Below, one piece after another: positions 1 through 12,041 of a stretch of DNA of 64,000 bases. How positions within the stretch are numbered: the stretch's first letter is position 1; the number at the start of each line of letters is the position of its first letter. The notes beneath the pieces were generated by a model. That model searched no databases, was not told the origin of the DNA, and saw only the letters and a list, made by a program, of their open reading frames with translations. A program made the position numbers and the translations under genes. Origin of the DNA: Camelus dromedarius (taxonomy: Eukaryota); contig NC_087436.1 in assembly GCF_036321535.1 (NCBI RefSeq), positions 27,220,001 through 27,284,000 on the forward strand, written 5' to 3'.

Positions 1-3000
1 CCAAGAAACAAATTTAACAGGCAATCGATTTGGATATTTGTTGAAAATTATATAAAAAGTAAAATTAAGCAAAACTATAGTTTTATCACAGAAAAAGACC
101 CTTTCATATATTAAAAGCATACTTTATGCCACTAAAAACTAGCTCTTGACATAGGATATAAACAGGTGGACCAGGTCTTCAGACATTTAAAAAAAAATTC
201 TCTTAATTTGTATATACATGTTTCTGGTTTGTGTCCTGCTGAATTTCTTCTAAAATGACCAATATAGTACTTAAGAATTATATTATCTCTTATTTACAGC
301 CTCATTTACATCTCTGTGCTCTGAAGTGAGAATTTAAAGTTAACATACCTTATTTTTTAGTTTCACTATATATAAATAATAAATCCTTGTTATTATTACA
401 TAAGTACTTATAATTGAGCATACTGTCTATGTTAGAACATTTATAATCCAATACTGAGGTATATATCTTAGGAAGATTTTTTTACAGATTTAACATAACT
501 GATGAATACATTCTCACAAATACCAACACTTGTGTAGGTAAAGTTTCAGCATACTTTTAAGCAAATTTTTCAATACTATAATTTTTGATACTGTTGTCAA
601 ACAAAGTGAAAACACAATTCAGCAAAGTTGCATGCGATAATATGTACTGATGATGCTTATGTAATTGCTATTTGCCTTGAATTTTAATTTTAGTTGCAAA
701 AATCTTTCTTTTGTGTTATATTTATAAATGTTATAACACAAAATAGACTTGTTGGTTAATAAAATCTAAAACTCATCTTATGTTTATCATAAATATTAAC
801 ATAGTACTATATAGTGTAGTATAAAGTAATAGTGTAGTATAAAGTAAATGTTGTCTTCCTTATTTAGCACCTTTGATTTAGCATGTAGTTTCCTTATAGA
901 CTCATATATTTAGATTGTTTTTAAATGCCATTCACAAGGGCACTTTCCTAGATCTATATTTTCATTATGAAAACCCTAAAAAGAGACATAATTCTTAAGG
1001 GGTTTTATCTGATCAATAAATACTGTGCATATTTTAAGCTTACGGACATTTTAATTGTTAGGAAATAGATTATTCTATTCCACATGTCAGTATTATCTCC
1101 TTCATTTATTTTTTTATACACTGATCTTTAGTTTTCTTGCTAAATAATATAAATGAGCTTAATGGCATTCTACTTAGAAAACTACTAGCTTAGACTTCTA
1201 ACATCCAAATTCAACTAGACCAAACAAAACATCTGCATGTAATAAAACAACAAACAATAAAGCAAATACTGAAGGACAACAGGAAGAAAATGTAGATATA
1301 TTTAAGCAATTCAATTAAAAAAATTATCAACAAAAGTAAAAGCAAGTTAAATTTCTATTTTAACTGTAATTAAATATTTTTAAACCTGAAAGGGGAAAGC
1401 TGATGCATGAATGCTTGCTGTAAGAATTAACAGTTAACCACTTGTAGAAACTAACTCATTTAATCAAGTCAGCAAATATTAATTGCATGCTACATTTAAG
1501 TCAATGACATTTCAATGAGATTCGTTCATAAAATTGTTTTGTCTTCAGTTATTATATGCAATATGAATGGTATCCATTATTTTCTTCACTTGCCCCTTTA
1601 TTTTAGTGGAAATTAGGTATAAATAAACACTTTGCTGTGCTAGCTTTATGTGTTTATAAATAGTTTTGACCATTGATCTAGATGATCAAGGTTCATATGG
1701 AACTCTCATTTATTTTGTGAATCAGGTTGCTAATTACTTGTTAATAATTTCTGGAAGTCTCTGCCCTTTCGACTCTCACCATGTTAGTTCTTATTAGAGA
1801 GCTGGAGAAGTTATTTTTGATCTAACTTGCTATAAGACTTCAGGTGATTTTTTTCCTCAACATTAGAAAATAAATCTGATTTTCATCAGTTGGCCCAACT
1901 AAAATATGGTACAAAAGTCAATGGTAGCTTCAATAGAAGTTATTAAAAAGTTCAGTAGCAATTGCATTGATTTCCACCACCGTCTTTAGCCATGTATGTG
2001 ACTTTGTGTAGACATTTCTACGTATTGCTCTGAGTTGGGCAGCCCCAAGCATCAAGACTAGATAATACTTTTTTTAATAATATTTCAGTGTTTTCTAATA
2101 TAGTCAGGTATGATTCCAGATGGAAGAAGAAATGACCTAGTCACCATCTGCTGCCACGGCCTTGTCATTCATCATCTTGGGGGTAGAGTAGTGTATGCTC
2201 TTTTATGGATCTGTCTACATGACAGCAAACTAACACTTTGGAAATTAATTAACATGAACATATGGAAGTGGGTGTTAGTTTCATAACATACAAACTGGTT
2301 CAGTTTTACAAAGTGTTTTATCCAAATGTTTCTTTCAGTGCAGATAAAAAAGGCTCCTAGAATCATTTGGAAACTTGAAGAAAAGTCTGCCTTAGTGATT
2401 CAGACTCACTAATTTTGATAGAAGATAATGCATCTACATGGAAATCTTTTCTATTTTAGAAGTTAAATAAGAAATTCTAAGACAAAAAAAAAGAGTTTAT
2501 CTTGAATTGCCCAGATTTACTTATACAGACCAACTCTCAATTTTTATACTGATAAATTTTTTTCACAGCAAATAGTCTAGTTTGTTTTCCTTTCATTTAT
2601 TTTACCTAGTCAAAACTGTTAAACGGAATTAAATAAAACAGTTTAAATTACTGAAATAAATGTGAGATATTTTTTACATCTACATGTTTCCAAATAACTG
2701 ATTTCACAATGTTTTCCATTTGGGTTGGGTATTTATTGGTGAAATTGATAAATGTGAAAATGATTGCATTAAAGTTATAAAACCATCACAGAATATCATT
2801 TAATTGGATACCAGTTCTGCCTGTATTACAGTTAGATCCAATTTAACCACCAACCTTCCTTTGAGCATATTTGTGGGAACCAATCAATATTCTACCTGTG
2901 CATGAATCTAGGATACATGCATCCATAAAGATCCATGGTCTGTCCAAAGCAAGCTTCATAACAAGGACTGCATGATATTATTTTCAGAGAAATTTCAGAG

Positions 3001-4119
3001 ATTTATATATGTAATGGATCATTTTAAAATGGGATGTATATTGATAGAAATTATAGGTTTTAAAAAAATTTCTTTACTGTCTTCAAATATCTTTGTATAT
3101 TAGTTCAAATATACTCTGTTAATGTGTTTCAAAGGTCTTCTGTTCCAAGGGTTTTCTGTTCCAAGACCCCTAGATGGGGTCTTGGAATTAAATGAGGTCA
3201 TTCGAAAGCAGAAGAGTTTTTTAAGGTGGCTATTTTGTTTCAGAAATAGCATATTTTAACTTGATCGTTAGAAAAAAGCTTTTCTTATTAAATTCTAAAA
3301 ATCTGCATTTTAATACCTTTGAGGCAAAACATAAATAAACAAGCTTTAAAGAAAACTTTTTTGACACTTGATTATTTTATAGCTACTAGAATCTATGTAA
3401 TATTTAAGAATAATAGTAGAAATAGTACAGCTTGCCAGAACTACCAAAAATGGGATTAATTTAAAATTATTTAACCTGAGTTGTTTTGTAGAGTATGCTA
3501 TGTTGTATAACAAGCCTGTAATTGTGCATATATATTTATTTCTCATTTCATACAAAATTAATGTGATTATTGATGCCTGACCAGAATAATTATAGCACAT
3601 TGCTACCCCAAAAGAAATTTTCAAAAACAAATTCACTCTTGGCATAATGAGTGGCACAAATTGCCTTTAACAAAAGTTTAGCTCCATAATCGTCTTCTGT
3701 GAGAAAGAAGATAAATGTATATAATGAGATGGAAATGCAGCTTCCACTATTAAGGGCAAATGTCATTGAGAACATTTACCAAGGAAAGAGTAAAAAAGAT
3801 GATGGGGAAACACTTATTACAGATAGAAGTCCCTTGCAATTCTAAAGCTATGATCTGATGGACTGCAGGGCACCAAACCCTAGGTCTTCCATTTGTCCTA
3901 GACTGAGTGTATCTGCAGAGACTTGGAGAATTCGTAACTTCAGTCTGCAGTCTACATTTGAGATACATACGTATCTTCTTCCTCACTCTCTTCTCACCTC
4001 ACCTTGTTTTAATTAATTGTTGAATGCTGGTTGTATCCCTATAAAGGCATGTATATACCATACTATTATTAAGCAAATATTTCTGCTGTGTATTGTTAAA
4101 GTCACTTTGTTTGAAATAT

Positions 4120-4826
4120 ACTTTATTATTTAAAATAGTTTTAGATTTATGTATCTATAGATTTATAAATATATAGATTTACATTTATTTTTATAACAGT
4201 TTTAGTTTATAGATTTCTCTTTTTTAAAGTATAGTCAGTTTATAATGTTATGTCAATTTCTGGTGTATGGCATAATGTTTCAGTCATACATATGCATACA
4301 TATATTCATTTGCATATTTGTTTTCATTATAAGTTACTATAAGATATTGAATATAGTTCTCTATGCAATACAGCATAAACTTGTTTATTTTATATATAGT
4401 AGTATCTGAAAATCTTGAACTCCTAATTTATCTCTTCTCACCCCCTTCCCCAGTTTATAGATTTCTGTAAATCCATAGATTTATACAATATTGGAAAAGA
4501 TAGTACAGAGTTTCCATCTACCTCATACTCAATTATTAACATCTTAGTATAGCATATTTGTTACAATTACTGAACCAATATTGATACATTATTATTACTG
4601 AAGGCCATGCTTTATCCATATTTCCTTTAATTTTGCCTAATATCCTTGTTCTAGTCTAAGACCCCATCAAGGACACCTCATTAAATGAGGTCATTATATC
4701 TCCTTACGCCAACAGTTCTTGGCCAGGACAGTTTCTCAGACTTTCCTTGTTTTTGATAATGTTGACATTAGTGAGGAATACTGGTTAGATATTTTGTAGG
4801 ATAACCGTGTATTAGAATTGGTCTGT
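4120..4826 (-). mobile_element. Old L1 3' UTR fragment (L1MC-like), interrupted by a younger L1
   Basis: Antisense match to recalled L1MC 3'-end motifs ('aaccaatattgatacattattatt', 'gacagtttctcagactttccttgtttttgat', 'gaggaatactggttagatattttgtag'). Confidence 0.72.
4219..4451 (-). mobile_element. Young 5'-truncated L1 3' end (cetartiodactyl/camelid type)
   Basis: T-tract followed by 'aaagtatagtcagtttataatg', the antisense L1 tail. Perfect 15-bp TSD AGTTTATAGATTTCT at 4204-4218 and 4452-4466. Confidence 0.9.
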
Positions 4827-5400
4827 ATGTGACACCATCAGATGCAATATACAAACCAAATTTTGGGTGTCAAGGGTCTGTATCACCTCTGTGAAATGAA
4901 CACTATTTATCTTGATACAAAGGTCATACAAAGATACTACAGGAAAAGAAAACTAGAGACCAAAAGCCCTCTTGAATAAGATGAAAAATGTTTTTTAAAA
5001 ACAGTAACAATTCAGAAGTATATGAAAATAGTTCATCATGATCAAGTTGGATTTTCTTGGAAACTTAATGTTGTTTCAACAGTCAGAAAACAGTCACTGT
5101 GATTCACCATTATGAGCAGACTAAACAACTGGGCTGATATGGAAAATTAAGTAGAAAATTTAAATATCATTCTTGATTAAAAAAAAGCTGTCAGAAAACT
5201 AAGAATTGAAGGAGATTTCATTAATATGATAAGGACCATCTACAAAAAGTTAAAGCATACTATTTTTGTTTGCATCTTTAAAAAAACATTACTTTTGATG
5301 GCAAATAGCTGAGTGTTCTCCTTGTGATTAGGAACAAGGCAAGTATAACCTGCTCCCCTTATTTCTATTCAGCAGTGATGGAGGTTCTAGCCATTGTGAT

Positions 5401-5402
<2 letters not shown>

Positions 5403-5439
<37 letters not shown>

Positions 5440-5450
5440 GTAGATAGATA
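5403..5450 (+). repeat. (GATA)n tetranucleotide microsatellite
   Basis: (GATA)9 GGTA (GATA)2, read directly. Confidence 0.97.
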
Positions 5451-5660
5451 GCAGACAAATTCAAAAAAAGAAATTAAAATATCTATATCCTCAGATAACA
5501 TACTTGTTTATGTTGGAAATTCCAAAGAATCTACAAAAAGAGTTACTAGATCTAAAATGTGAGTTCAGCAATATCACAGAATTGAAGGTCAATATTAAAA
5601 AAATCAGTTACTTTTTCTAAAATAGCTATGCACAACTAGAAATTAAAAATGGTACCATAT

Positions 5661-6555
5661 CATGTAGAAAAAACTGCTGTTTCTCCTCTACTACCCATAG
5701 CAGTACACTTCTGTGACCAGACATGTGTTTGTTTGTTTGTTTGTTTTTACCCATACTGACCAATTCTCTGACACCAGCTAGGTGTCCTACAGTTTATTTC
5801 AGTTCTGATTTTTATCTACCTGAAGTTAGCATCAGATCCCACAAGTCAAAGAATGGCTCAGTCCCACAACACTGCCCCTACTTCAGATGCCAGTCAAGAG
5901 TCTCAGTTTGTTACCTGTCTTTTCAACTGACTGGCTAAATCTCAGTTCCCACAACTGCTTTCTTGAGTTCAGTAATTTGCTAGAATGGCTTACAGAAACT
6001 CAGAGGAAATTTACTTAGACTTGTCAGTTTGTTATATAGTTAAAGGATGTAATAAAGGGCATGAGCGAATAGCCAAAGAGATATATAGCACAAAGTCTGG
6101 AAGGGTTCTGAGTGTTCTGAGTGCAGGAGCTTCTGTCCTTGTGAGTTGAGGTGTTCCATGCTGCCAGGACATGGATGTACTCATCAATGCATTCAGGGAT
6201 TTTTGTGGAGGCTTCCTCACCTAGGCATGATCAATTATTAATTTAATCTTCAACCCTTCCCCCCCCGAAAGTTCCAAATTTCTAATTGTGGTATGGTCTT
6301 TCAGCCTCCGTCCTGAAGCTATCCAGGAGCCCACCACGAGTTGCCCCATTAGAAAAAGAAAATGCTTCCATCACCCAGGAAATTCCAAGAACTTTAAGAG
6401 CTCTGTGTCAGGAACCAGGGTCAAAGATTAACTATTAACACAAAATATGCTCATGGCACTTTTATTGCTCAGGAAATGATAAGGATTTTAGGAGTTCTGG
6501 CCAGAAGCCACAGATGAAGACAAAAATATATTTCTTACTGTATCATGATGTCACA
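5661..6555 (-). mobile_element. MER21-like solo LTR nested in L1 ORF2
   Basis: The reverse complement begins 'tgtgacatcatgatacagtaagaaatatatttttgtcttc', like the MER21 5' end. 5-bp TSD CATAT at 5656-5660 and 6556-6560. The host L1 sequence rejoins when the element is removed. Confidence 0.8.
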
Positions 6556-7513
6556 CATATACAATAACATCAAGAAATGTACAATACTTAGTTATACATC
6601 TAACAAAGTAAGTGAAAGATGTGTGAAAAGAAAACCCTTATAAATAGTAATAAAACAAATCCAACATGATCTGAAAAATGGACGTATATAATTAGAAGAC
6701 ATAATTCTTGTTAAAATGCTAATTCTTCCCAAAGTGATCTAGAGATGCAAGGCAATTCCAATAAACACCCCAGGTTTTGTTTGTTTCATTTTAGAAATAG
6801 ACAAGGTAGTTCTAAAATTATATCAAGCGTCAAAAGAACTCAATGGATCAACAATTTTTTGGAAAATAGCAAAGTTAAAGGATTCTAACTGCTTGATTTC
6901 CGGACTTTATTCTGTAAACTTTCTATGACCAAGACAACGTGGTATAGAGGAAAAGATAGACATGGAGGTGAATGGAATAGACTATAGCATCCAAAAATAG
7001 AACCTACATATATATAGAAAATTGATTCTCAACAAATTCACAAAGACAATTCAATGCAAAAAAGATAGTCTTTTCAACAAATGATGCTGGATATTAATAT
7101 GCAAAAAACTCTGATCCATACTTCAAAATTGACAATAGACCTAAATGTAAAATCTAAAACTTACATATTTCAACAGAAAATACCTGTGAAAAATTGGTTA
7201 TTGGCATTAGGTTAGATTATAATTCCTTAGTTATGACACCAAATGCATGATTCATAAATAAAAAAGATACATTTTGGATGCTATCAAAATTTAAAACTTC
7301 TACTTTTCAAATGACACTGGTAAGGAAATGTAAAGACAAGCTACAGACTGAGATTATTTACAATACACATATCTGAGAAAATAATTGTTTTCATAGTATA
7401 TAAACTCTCAACTCAAATATAAGCAACTAAATGAAAGGATGGGTGAAAGTTTTGAACAGACATTTCACCAAAGACCATATAAGAATGGTAAATAAACATA
7501 CAAAAACATATCT

Positions 7514-7928
7514 TTTTTAATTAAAGTATAGTTGATTTATAATGTTGTGTTAGTTTCAGGAGTACAGTAAAGTGATTCAGTTATATATATACATATATGT
7601 ATATTCTTTTTCAGATTCTTTTCCATTATAATTATAGGAAGGAAAGATTATTACTATTTTATCTTTATTAACTTTATCTTAGAATAACTCATTACACTTT
7701 GAGTAAATAGATATTATGTGTATATAATACGTAATACCAATCCATATAGGATTTTGCTTGTTGTTCTTTCTCTAGTTTCTCTGTGTGTAAGCTTAGGTCT
7801 TGTTTCCTGACGTAAGCTTATCTCACTATAAACTTCCCTCTTAGAACTGCTTTTGCTGTATCCCATAGGTTTTGGATCATCATGTTTTCATTTTGATTTT
7901 CTCTAGCTATTTTTTGATTTCTTCTTTA
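7514..7928 (-). mobile_element. Younger L1 insertion, composite (3' tip + filler + early ORF2 piece)
   Basis: 7514-7640 is an antisense L1 3' tip. About 7750-7928 is antisense ORF2 (QNLWDTAKAVLRGKFI). Flanked by a 24-bp imperfect direct repeat (19/24) at 7490-7513 and 7929-7952. Confidence 0.72.
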
Positions 7929-9606
7929 AAATAAACACTCAAAATTATATTTAATGTCACTAGTCCTTGGTAAGTTAAAAAAAAATTTTAAAAACCAGAA
8001 AACTACTTCAAACTACTAAAGGGCTAATACATAATATCAAAAGCATGATCCATAAAATAAATAACTAATAAGCATTATATAATTAAAATTAATAACATCT
8101 TCTCATCAGTAGACTTTAACAGGAAAATTGGCAGACAAGCCATAGTCTGGGAAGAAAATAGATGGAAAAGACACTGAAATATCTACAGTAATTAAATTAA
8201 ATTTATTATCTGTGCTATGAACAACGAAAAGAAATTTCATTTCCCTTTTGAAATTTATTTTATTTGAATTGTGACATTAAAACTGTCTCTGAATATGTTT
8301 TTGCCTGTATTGATGGGTGTATATTTTTTATTTATTAAGCAGATGATACAAATAAACAATTACAGTTCAATGAGACTGCTTCTCTTCAAAATGTCATAAT
8401 AGAAAAGCTATTTTTCCTGCTTATAATCCTGATTTCTAGTCTTACAGCCTTACATATTAAAATGGGAAATCTAATAGTATGACATGAAAATAACAATTTA
8501 AAAAATTAGTCATAAAATGCAGCTGAAATTGGGTTACTGAAGTGAAGTGATACAACATTACTCTGTAGATTCAACTTATTTTACCTTGTTTTATTGTTGA
8601 TGTTTTGAGATAAACTGTAAAGAAGAGTTCTCCATCAGATATTTTCACTGTCATTTCTTCCCTAATCAACAAGGTGGACTTTAAATTTTAGTAATGGTTA
8701 CCAACATAGATAATATCTTTAAAATAACCTTTAATTAAAGTTTATGACAGAAGCTCTGTAGGTGCTTTATGTGATTCTGAAAAATATAGCTAGGTATCAG
8801 AAGGATTGAAGTAAGATACTGATGGGTAGTTATCATGAAAACACCGTACATAATGTTATTTCATCCAGACTCACATCAGAAAAATCCAAGTATATCACAT
8901 CTTTCACCAAAAGCTCAAGCCATTTTTGGAATAGTGCAGTGTGTCTGTTTAATCTAAAAAGTCTTAAAATATCCTGAATAAAACGTTAATTCCTCAGGAT
9001 TTTTCCATTACTCCTTGGAATTTCCAGCCCTAAACTTTCGTATCTAGTATAATAATGATTAGAGGTGTGTGGTTCAGAACTGAGGTAGCATAGGGTTGGT
9101 GTGAGGACATAGTGTGATTTTTCGCTAGCTAAAAAGTGTCTCATTTCTTATGTAAAAATGACTGCTAAGACATTATGTTGTTCTCACGTCCAGAACCTGC
9201 AAATGCAAAGAAAACCATGTGGAGAAAAATTATATTTAAAAAGGGAGAAAAAGACAGTTGGACATTGTTTATTTTATGCTTGTGATCAAATACGTGTCCT
9301 CCCAGTGTGTGGTTCTCCCTACATTTTATAAAATGAAGTTCATTTTGACATACGCCTTCCACTCGGCAATAATTACCTTTAGAGATATTTTCTTTGGAAA
9401 GCACTGACACAATGAATAGAATGAACTGTAGAATTAACTAATTTTAAATATTCGTCTCTTTTCTAAATTCCTTTTTATTTTTGAATAAGCCCTAACAGAT
9501 GCAAAGTTGCAAAGAAATGTTCTTCAAATAGGTTTATGCAAAATTCAGTGACTGAAACAGTAATTCATCTACTTAGAGAAACTTTATTAGTTAGGATTTA
9601 AAATAT

Positions 9607-10140
9607 GTTGTTCTCAGTAGGTCTGTTCAGAGCTGCCATGAGGACCAGGAGTCAGGGAGACTTCTACAGAGTCAGAAAACATGGGTTAAGGAACAGGACT
9701 TACTGATACAGGGAGAAAAATCACAAGCGCAGAATCAGTAAGACAAGGAATTGTGTAGTTCCTCAGTCACCACATCATCCAACAAAGTGGCGTGTGCGGA
9801 CCAGAGTCTCAGGTGCAGCTGGCCCTGAGGAACACCAGGTCACTCTGTGTCTTTCTTCCAGTGTGAAAAAAATGGCCCACGTGACTCCTTGGTGCCATTT
9901 AGTCTGAATGTCTTGCTATTCACAGGAGTTGTCTGGGAACTTGGGCTACAGTGCAGCTGGGGAACTAGGTCCTGCGGTGCCTGTGGAGTGTCACAGCCCC
10001 ACCCATCTCAGCGTCCCTGCTAGGGACAGTGAGCCGCAGCCGGGAAGATGTAGTGTTGTGCAGACCGCCCGCGGGGCCTTCTTAGGAAATTCTACTCCTG
10101 GCATAATCAATGTTTTTCCTTGCTTGACTAATTAACACCA
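9607..10140. mobile_element. Possible old LTR-derived GC-rich block (family not identified)
   Basis: Abrupt ~530-bp GC-rich block starting 'tgttg' in AT-rich flanks. Weak resemblance to ERVL-class LTRs; no TSD confirmed. Confidence 0.3.
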
Positions 10141-10351
10141 TGACTAGTTAACAAATTGGGACTTCTAGAGCCATTTTCTATGACTGTATATTTTAGTTAA
10201 GTTATTACTCACGCGTAGCATCACTGCAGTTTTAGATACACTACAGCCTCTGTTTCCGAAGTCAGAGTTTCATCGGACCCTCAGGGCACCACTGGTGCTT
10301 CAGAACTTTCTTAAACAGCATATCCTCCTCCTTTTACATTTAGCTTAGGAT

Positions 10352-11073
10352 CTTTTTTTTTTTTTTTCAATTGAAGTATAATCAGTTTACAGTATTGCAT
10401 CAATTTCTGGTGTATAGCATGATGCTTCTGTCATCTGTATATACACACATATTTTTTGATATCTTTTCCATTATAAGTTACTAAAAGATACTGAATATAG
10501 TTCCCTGTGCTATACAGTAGAAACTTGTTGTTTATTTTATATATAGTACTTAGTATCTGCAAATCTCAAACTACCAATTTATCCCTTCCCACTCTGTTTC
10601 CCCTGGTAACCATAAATTGTTTTCTATGTCTTAAGTCTGTTTCTGTTTTGTAAATAAGTTCATTTAAGAAAAAATGTTTAAATTCCAGATATAAGTGATA
10701 TCATATGGCATTTGTATTTCTCTATGACTTACTTCATTTGGAATGATGATCTCCAGATCCATCCATGTTGCTGCAAATGGCATTATTTCATTCTTTTTTA
10801 TAGCTGAGTAGCATTCCACTGTGTGTATGTGTATCGCATCTTTATCCAATTATCTGTCAATAGAAAATTAGGTTGCTTCTATGTCTTGGCTATTGTAAAT
10901 AGTGCTTCTATGAACATTGGGGTGCATGTATCTTTTCAAATTAGAGTTTCCTCCAGATATATGCCCTGGAATGGGATTGCTAGATCATAGGGGAAGTCTA
11001 TTTTCAGTTTTTTAAGTTATCTCCGTACTGTTTTCCATAATGGCTGCACCTAACTACATTCCCAACAACAGTG
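10352..11073 (-). mobile_element. Young 5'-truncated L1 (ORF2 C-terminus + 3' UTR + poly-A)
   Basis: Poly-T at 10353-10367. ORF 10664-10849 gives YSAIKKNEIMPFAATWMDLEIII, the L1 ORF2p C-terminus. TSD tagcttaggatctt / tagcttgggttctt (12/14) at 10341-10354 and 11074-11087. Confidence 0.95.
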
Positions 11074-11599
11074 TAGCTTGGGTTCTTGCTCTGCTTCTTT
11101 TCTTCCCTGGGCAGTAAGTCCATTGGCTCTCCATGCACCATCTGGGCCACACAGGAGTTGAAGCAGACCAAAAGGAACAAATTAGGCTGCATTTCTGCCT
11201 GGACACATTAACCATGCTATAGCTTCCTGGAACCAACCTGCCCAGGAGTCTCCTACCAGAGACCCAAGTTCAGAGTGGGCTGGGACTCCCGAGCCTTTCC
11301 AGAATGTCCTCTTCTCTTTTGCTGAGAAACATCTAAACATCATGTCTTTTTTCTTTTCCCAAATCTTCCACTATGCCTTTCATATTTGCCTAAACCTTAA
11401 GAATTTTTTTCCAAAGACTTTTATGAAATACTAATATTTCACATGTACTTGATACAACAGAAAAAGAAAAAGTTAGGAAGGAAATCCCAAAGTTGAATTA
11501 TTTTTCTTCTGATAGAGTAACTCAATTCAAATGCATTTTGTATGTTAGACCAATATGAGAAGTCAGAGAAAATCCAGTCTGGTCTAATCACTTTAAGTC

Positions 11600-11622
11600 A
11601 AAAAAAAAAAAAAAAAAAAAAA
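11600..11622 (+). repeat. Poly(A)23 mononucleotide run
   Basis: Read directly. Confidence 0.95.
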
Positions 11623-11730
11623 GACTACCTAATGGGGCCAACTTCCTCAGAAAAGTAGGAGATAGTCCTGAAATCTATGTCTTTTTGACTGCAGGACCAA
11701 TATTTTCCCCTGACTCTTGAAAATTTCTAG

Positions 11731-12041
11731 GACTACAGATATAGAGAACACAATAGTGGTTTCCAGTGGGCAGAGGGAAGGTTGGAGGGGCAATATAGGG
11801 GTAGGGGGTCAAGAGGTACAAACTATTAGGTATAAAATAAGTTACAAGGGTATATTGTAAAACACTGGGAATATAGCCAATATTTTATGATAATTATAAA
11901 TGGAGTATAACCTTTAAAAATTCTGAATCACTATATTGTATACTTGTAATATATAATATTGTATATCAGCTATACTTCAATAAAAGAAAAAATGTTTGAT
12001 AAGACTATGCTATTAAAAAAATCTCTTTATACTTAATTTAA
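11731..12041 (+). mobile_element. 5'-truncated L1 3' end with ~47-bp extra 3' sequence
   Basis: L1 tail ending 'ctatacttcaataaaagaaaaaa' (~11992), then unique sequence, then a second A-run. TSD aaaatttctagga / aaaaattctagga at 11720-11732 and 12042-12054. Confidence 0.85.

Larger units (their letters stand above)
4888..8160 (+). mobile_element. Old degenerate L1 ORF2 segment (RT domain to C-terminal region), split by nested insertions
   Basis: Decayed ORF2 motifs: KDTTGKEN (~4921), HHDQVGF (~5035), and IPFTIA..KYLG/NLTK resuming right after the LTR at 6556. Also 'gatagtcttttcaacaaatgatgctgg' and 'agacatttcaccaaaga'. Many stops and frameshifts. Confidence 0.85.

Noticed and set aside
3346..3986. 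Overlapping minus-strand ORFs as a gene
   Set aside because: No recognisable domain, and the composition follows AT-rich background. Only the acceptor at 3697 is noted.
10664..10849. Protein-coding gene
   Set aside because: It is the C-terminus of L1 ORF2p in a truncated, mutated copy.
11600..11622. Poly-A tail of a processed pseudogene
   Set aside because: No upstream AATAAA, ORF or convincing TSD.
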